This document shows, in pieces, positions 29,557 through 31,045 of a stretch of 31,045 nucleotides of DNA. The notes beneath the pieces were generated by a model. That model made no database searches and was not told the DNA's origin. It saw nothing but the letters and a program-made list of their open reading frames with translations. The stretch is from an uncultured archaeon (lineage in GTDB: Archaea; EX4484-52; JAADEF01), in assembly GCA_964407715.1 (NCBI GenBank), contig CAYOWP010000006.1:30883-61927 (forward strand), written 5' to 3'. A program made the position numbers and the translations under genes. Each line of letters begins with the position of its first letter. Within the stretch, counting starts at the first letter, position 1.

Positions 29557-30858
29557 CTACACCTGCAACAACCACTTCCAAAGCGGAACAAACCTTATCT
29601 TCCCACGTTTCCTCCACCACTCCACTTCACGAGCATCCTCATAATCCCATGTGATAACTGTTAAAGACACATCATCACCAAGCTTTAGTTCTTCTTTGGC
29701 ATGCAATAAAGCTCGGATCTCTCTTTCAGGTATTTCCTCATAGGAATTTGCATAGCATACTTGCATTAACTCCTTAATCCCCATGCCTTCTTTAATCAAG
29801 AAATCCACCTCATAACCCTCACGGGTTTTGTAGTAATACACTTCCTGCAATGGTTTTGTATTTTCCCTTCTTTTGAGTTCCAAAAACACCACATTTTCCA
29901 TTTTTTTGCCAATATCTTGTTTGAAAGAGAGAATAGAAGAAAGTCCCAAATCACATATATAAACTTTTTTAGGCCAAGAAAGTCTTTCGGTTACTTTCAT
30001 TGAGAGTTTACTAACAAAAAACACTGCAGATGTATCTTCTAACTTGCAGACATATTCATAAATTTTATCTTTCATTTTTTTAGATGTTTGAGAATAAATA
30101 TATTGGCTTATATTATTAACACTAATTTCCTTGGCATAATTTTGGAAACAAAATTCAAATATGTATTTTGCTAATGAAGGTAAGGATATATCAAATCTCT
30201 CTATAAAATCTTTATAAAGTACCATGAAGTAGTATTCCCGTAAAATTTTTTCACTTTCACTACTCCTCATCACAATTTCCGGATAAGAACCATGATCCAA
30301 AAATTCTTTTAAATATTTTAACAGTTTCATTTTATAAGATAAAGAAACATGCTTTTGAATACGAATATCCTTAAACCTCAAAAATTCTCTAAAACTCAAA
30401 GGAAAAAGATAGTATGTGAGAGTTCTTCCCCTTAATTGTGTAGCTACTTCTTTACTTAGAAATTTAGAAGATGATCCTGTTACCATTACATTATATCCTG
30501 TATCTAATAAACTCCTAACCAAACTTTCCCATTCATTTAGATTCTGGATTTCATCTAAATATACATTTTTTATTTTAATATTATAATGTTCTTCAAAAAT
30601 AGATAAGATTTCAAATAAATCTTTATGTGTTATTTTCTTAAATGCAGAATGTTCTAAATCTATGTAAATGCTATGATTTTTTCTTGTCTTATAGTGATCC
30701 CACATAAAATATGTTTTACCAGCACGTCTAGGGCCAATGAGGACTATACACTTTTGTGGAACAAAATCAACAGAGAGATCTCTCTTCACTATTTTTACGC
30801 GAGTAATACTATCAAAAAACTTGTTAAAATATTCCAGTATAAACTCCCTGTCGTACAT
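29557..30858 (-). CDS. AAA+ ATPase, AAA_14 + DUF4143, copy 4
   Basis: GPRRAGKT, YLDEIQ, VTGSSS, LRGR, GSYPE, KVYICDLG, EVDF. Confidence 0.92.
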   Translation of the reverse strand: MYDREFILEYFNKFFDSITRVKIVKRDLSVDFVPQKCIVLIGPRRAGKTYFMWDHYKTRKNHSIYIDLEHSAFKKITHKDLFEILSIFEEHYNIKIKNVYLDEIQNLNEWESLVRSLLDTGYNVMVTGSSSKFLSKEVATQLRGRTLTYYLFPLSFREFLRFKDIRIQKHVSLSYKMKLLKYLKEFLDHGSYPEIVMRSSESEKILREYYFMVLYKDFIERFDISLPSLAKYIFEFCFQNYAKEISVNNISQYIYSQTSKKMKDKIYEYVCKLEDTSAVFFVSKLSMKVTERLSWPKKVYICDLGLSSILSFKQDIGKKMENVVFLELKRRENTKPLQEVYYYKTREGYEVDFLIKEGMGIKELMQVCYANSYEEIPEREIRALLHAKEELKLGDDVSLTVITWDYEDAREVEWWRKRGKIRFVPLWKWLLQV

Positions 30859-31000
30859 ATTTATTTATTATTTTGAAAATTTTTTAAAAAATTTTCTTAA
30901 AATACGTAAATTTTTTCTAAAAATTTATCATATTTTTTAGCGGGATATCAACATCCCTGCCCTCCTTCCCCACACCCAACAAGCTCGCGTATTCTCTACC

Positions 31001-31045
31001 CTACACCTGCAACAACCACTTCCAAAGCGGAACAAACCTTATCTT
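31001..31045 (-). CDS. 3' end of a probable fifth AAA+/DUF4143 ATPase gene (truncated by the window edge)
   Basis: Translates KIRFVPLWKWLLQV*, followed by the same tail, including GCGGGATATCAACATCCC at 30940. Confidence 0.8.
   Translation of the reverse strand, partial: KIRFVPLWKWLLQV

Noticed and set aside
637-30940. Short ORFs of 60-111 aa antisense to or overlapping long genes (e.g. 637-837, 3208-3543, 5112-5342, 12807-13121, 24140-24430, 25082-25276, 26635-26829, 30673-30876)
   Set aside because: Shadow frames of well-supported genes or of repeats, with no recognisable motifs; duplicated ones merely reflect the DNA repeats.
25154-31045. Shufflon/invertase system for the ATPase array
   Set aside because: All repeats are direct and all genes co-oriented; no inverted sites or site-specific recombinase in the window.

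Overview
AT-rich archaeal DNA; gene content and small-genome style suggest a DPANN lineage (inference). Housekeeping genes: ftsZ plus a PRC-barrel (CdpB-like) gene, an EamA transporter, dph2, agmatinase, an OapC-like Zn-ribbon, taw3, archaeal aspS and a C-terminally short pyruvate kinase. There are also several surface or membrane proteins, including a 1557-aa Ig-like giant. Three features are not explained by the gene calls. (1) Two paralogous loci share one layout: a ~910-930 aa secreted protein with alternating conserved and variable blocks, then an unrelated RRDFLR (twin-arginine-like) protein, then a start-less fragment of the big gene's conserved core. The two big genes share a 524-bp identical 5'/promoter block. 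This resembles polymorphic toxin-immunity-orphan cassette systems or antigenic-variation systems. (2) A tandem array of at least 5 divergent AAA+/DUF4143 ATPase genes share a near-identical, mosaic 3' end and a conserved downstream tail, with degenerate relic copies of the gene end. (3) A family of ~95-140 bp palindromic MITE/REP-like intergenic elements occurs in 7 copies. No tRNA, rRNA, CRISPR array, transposase, recombinase or reverse transcriptase was recognised. All alignments and counts were done by eye.
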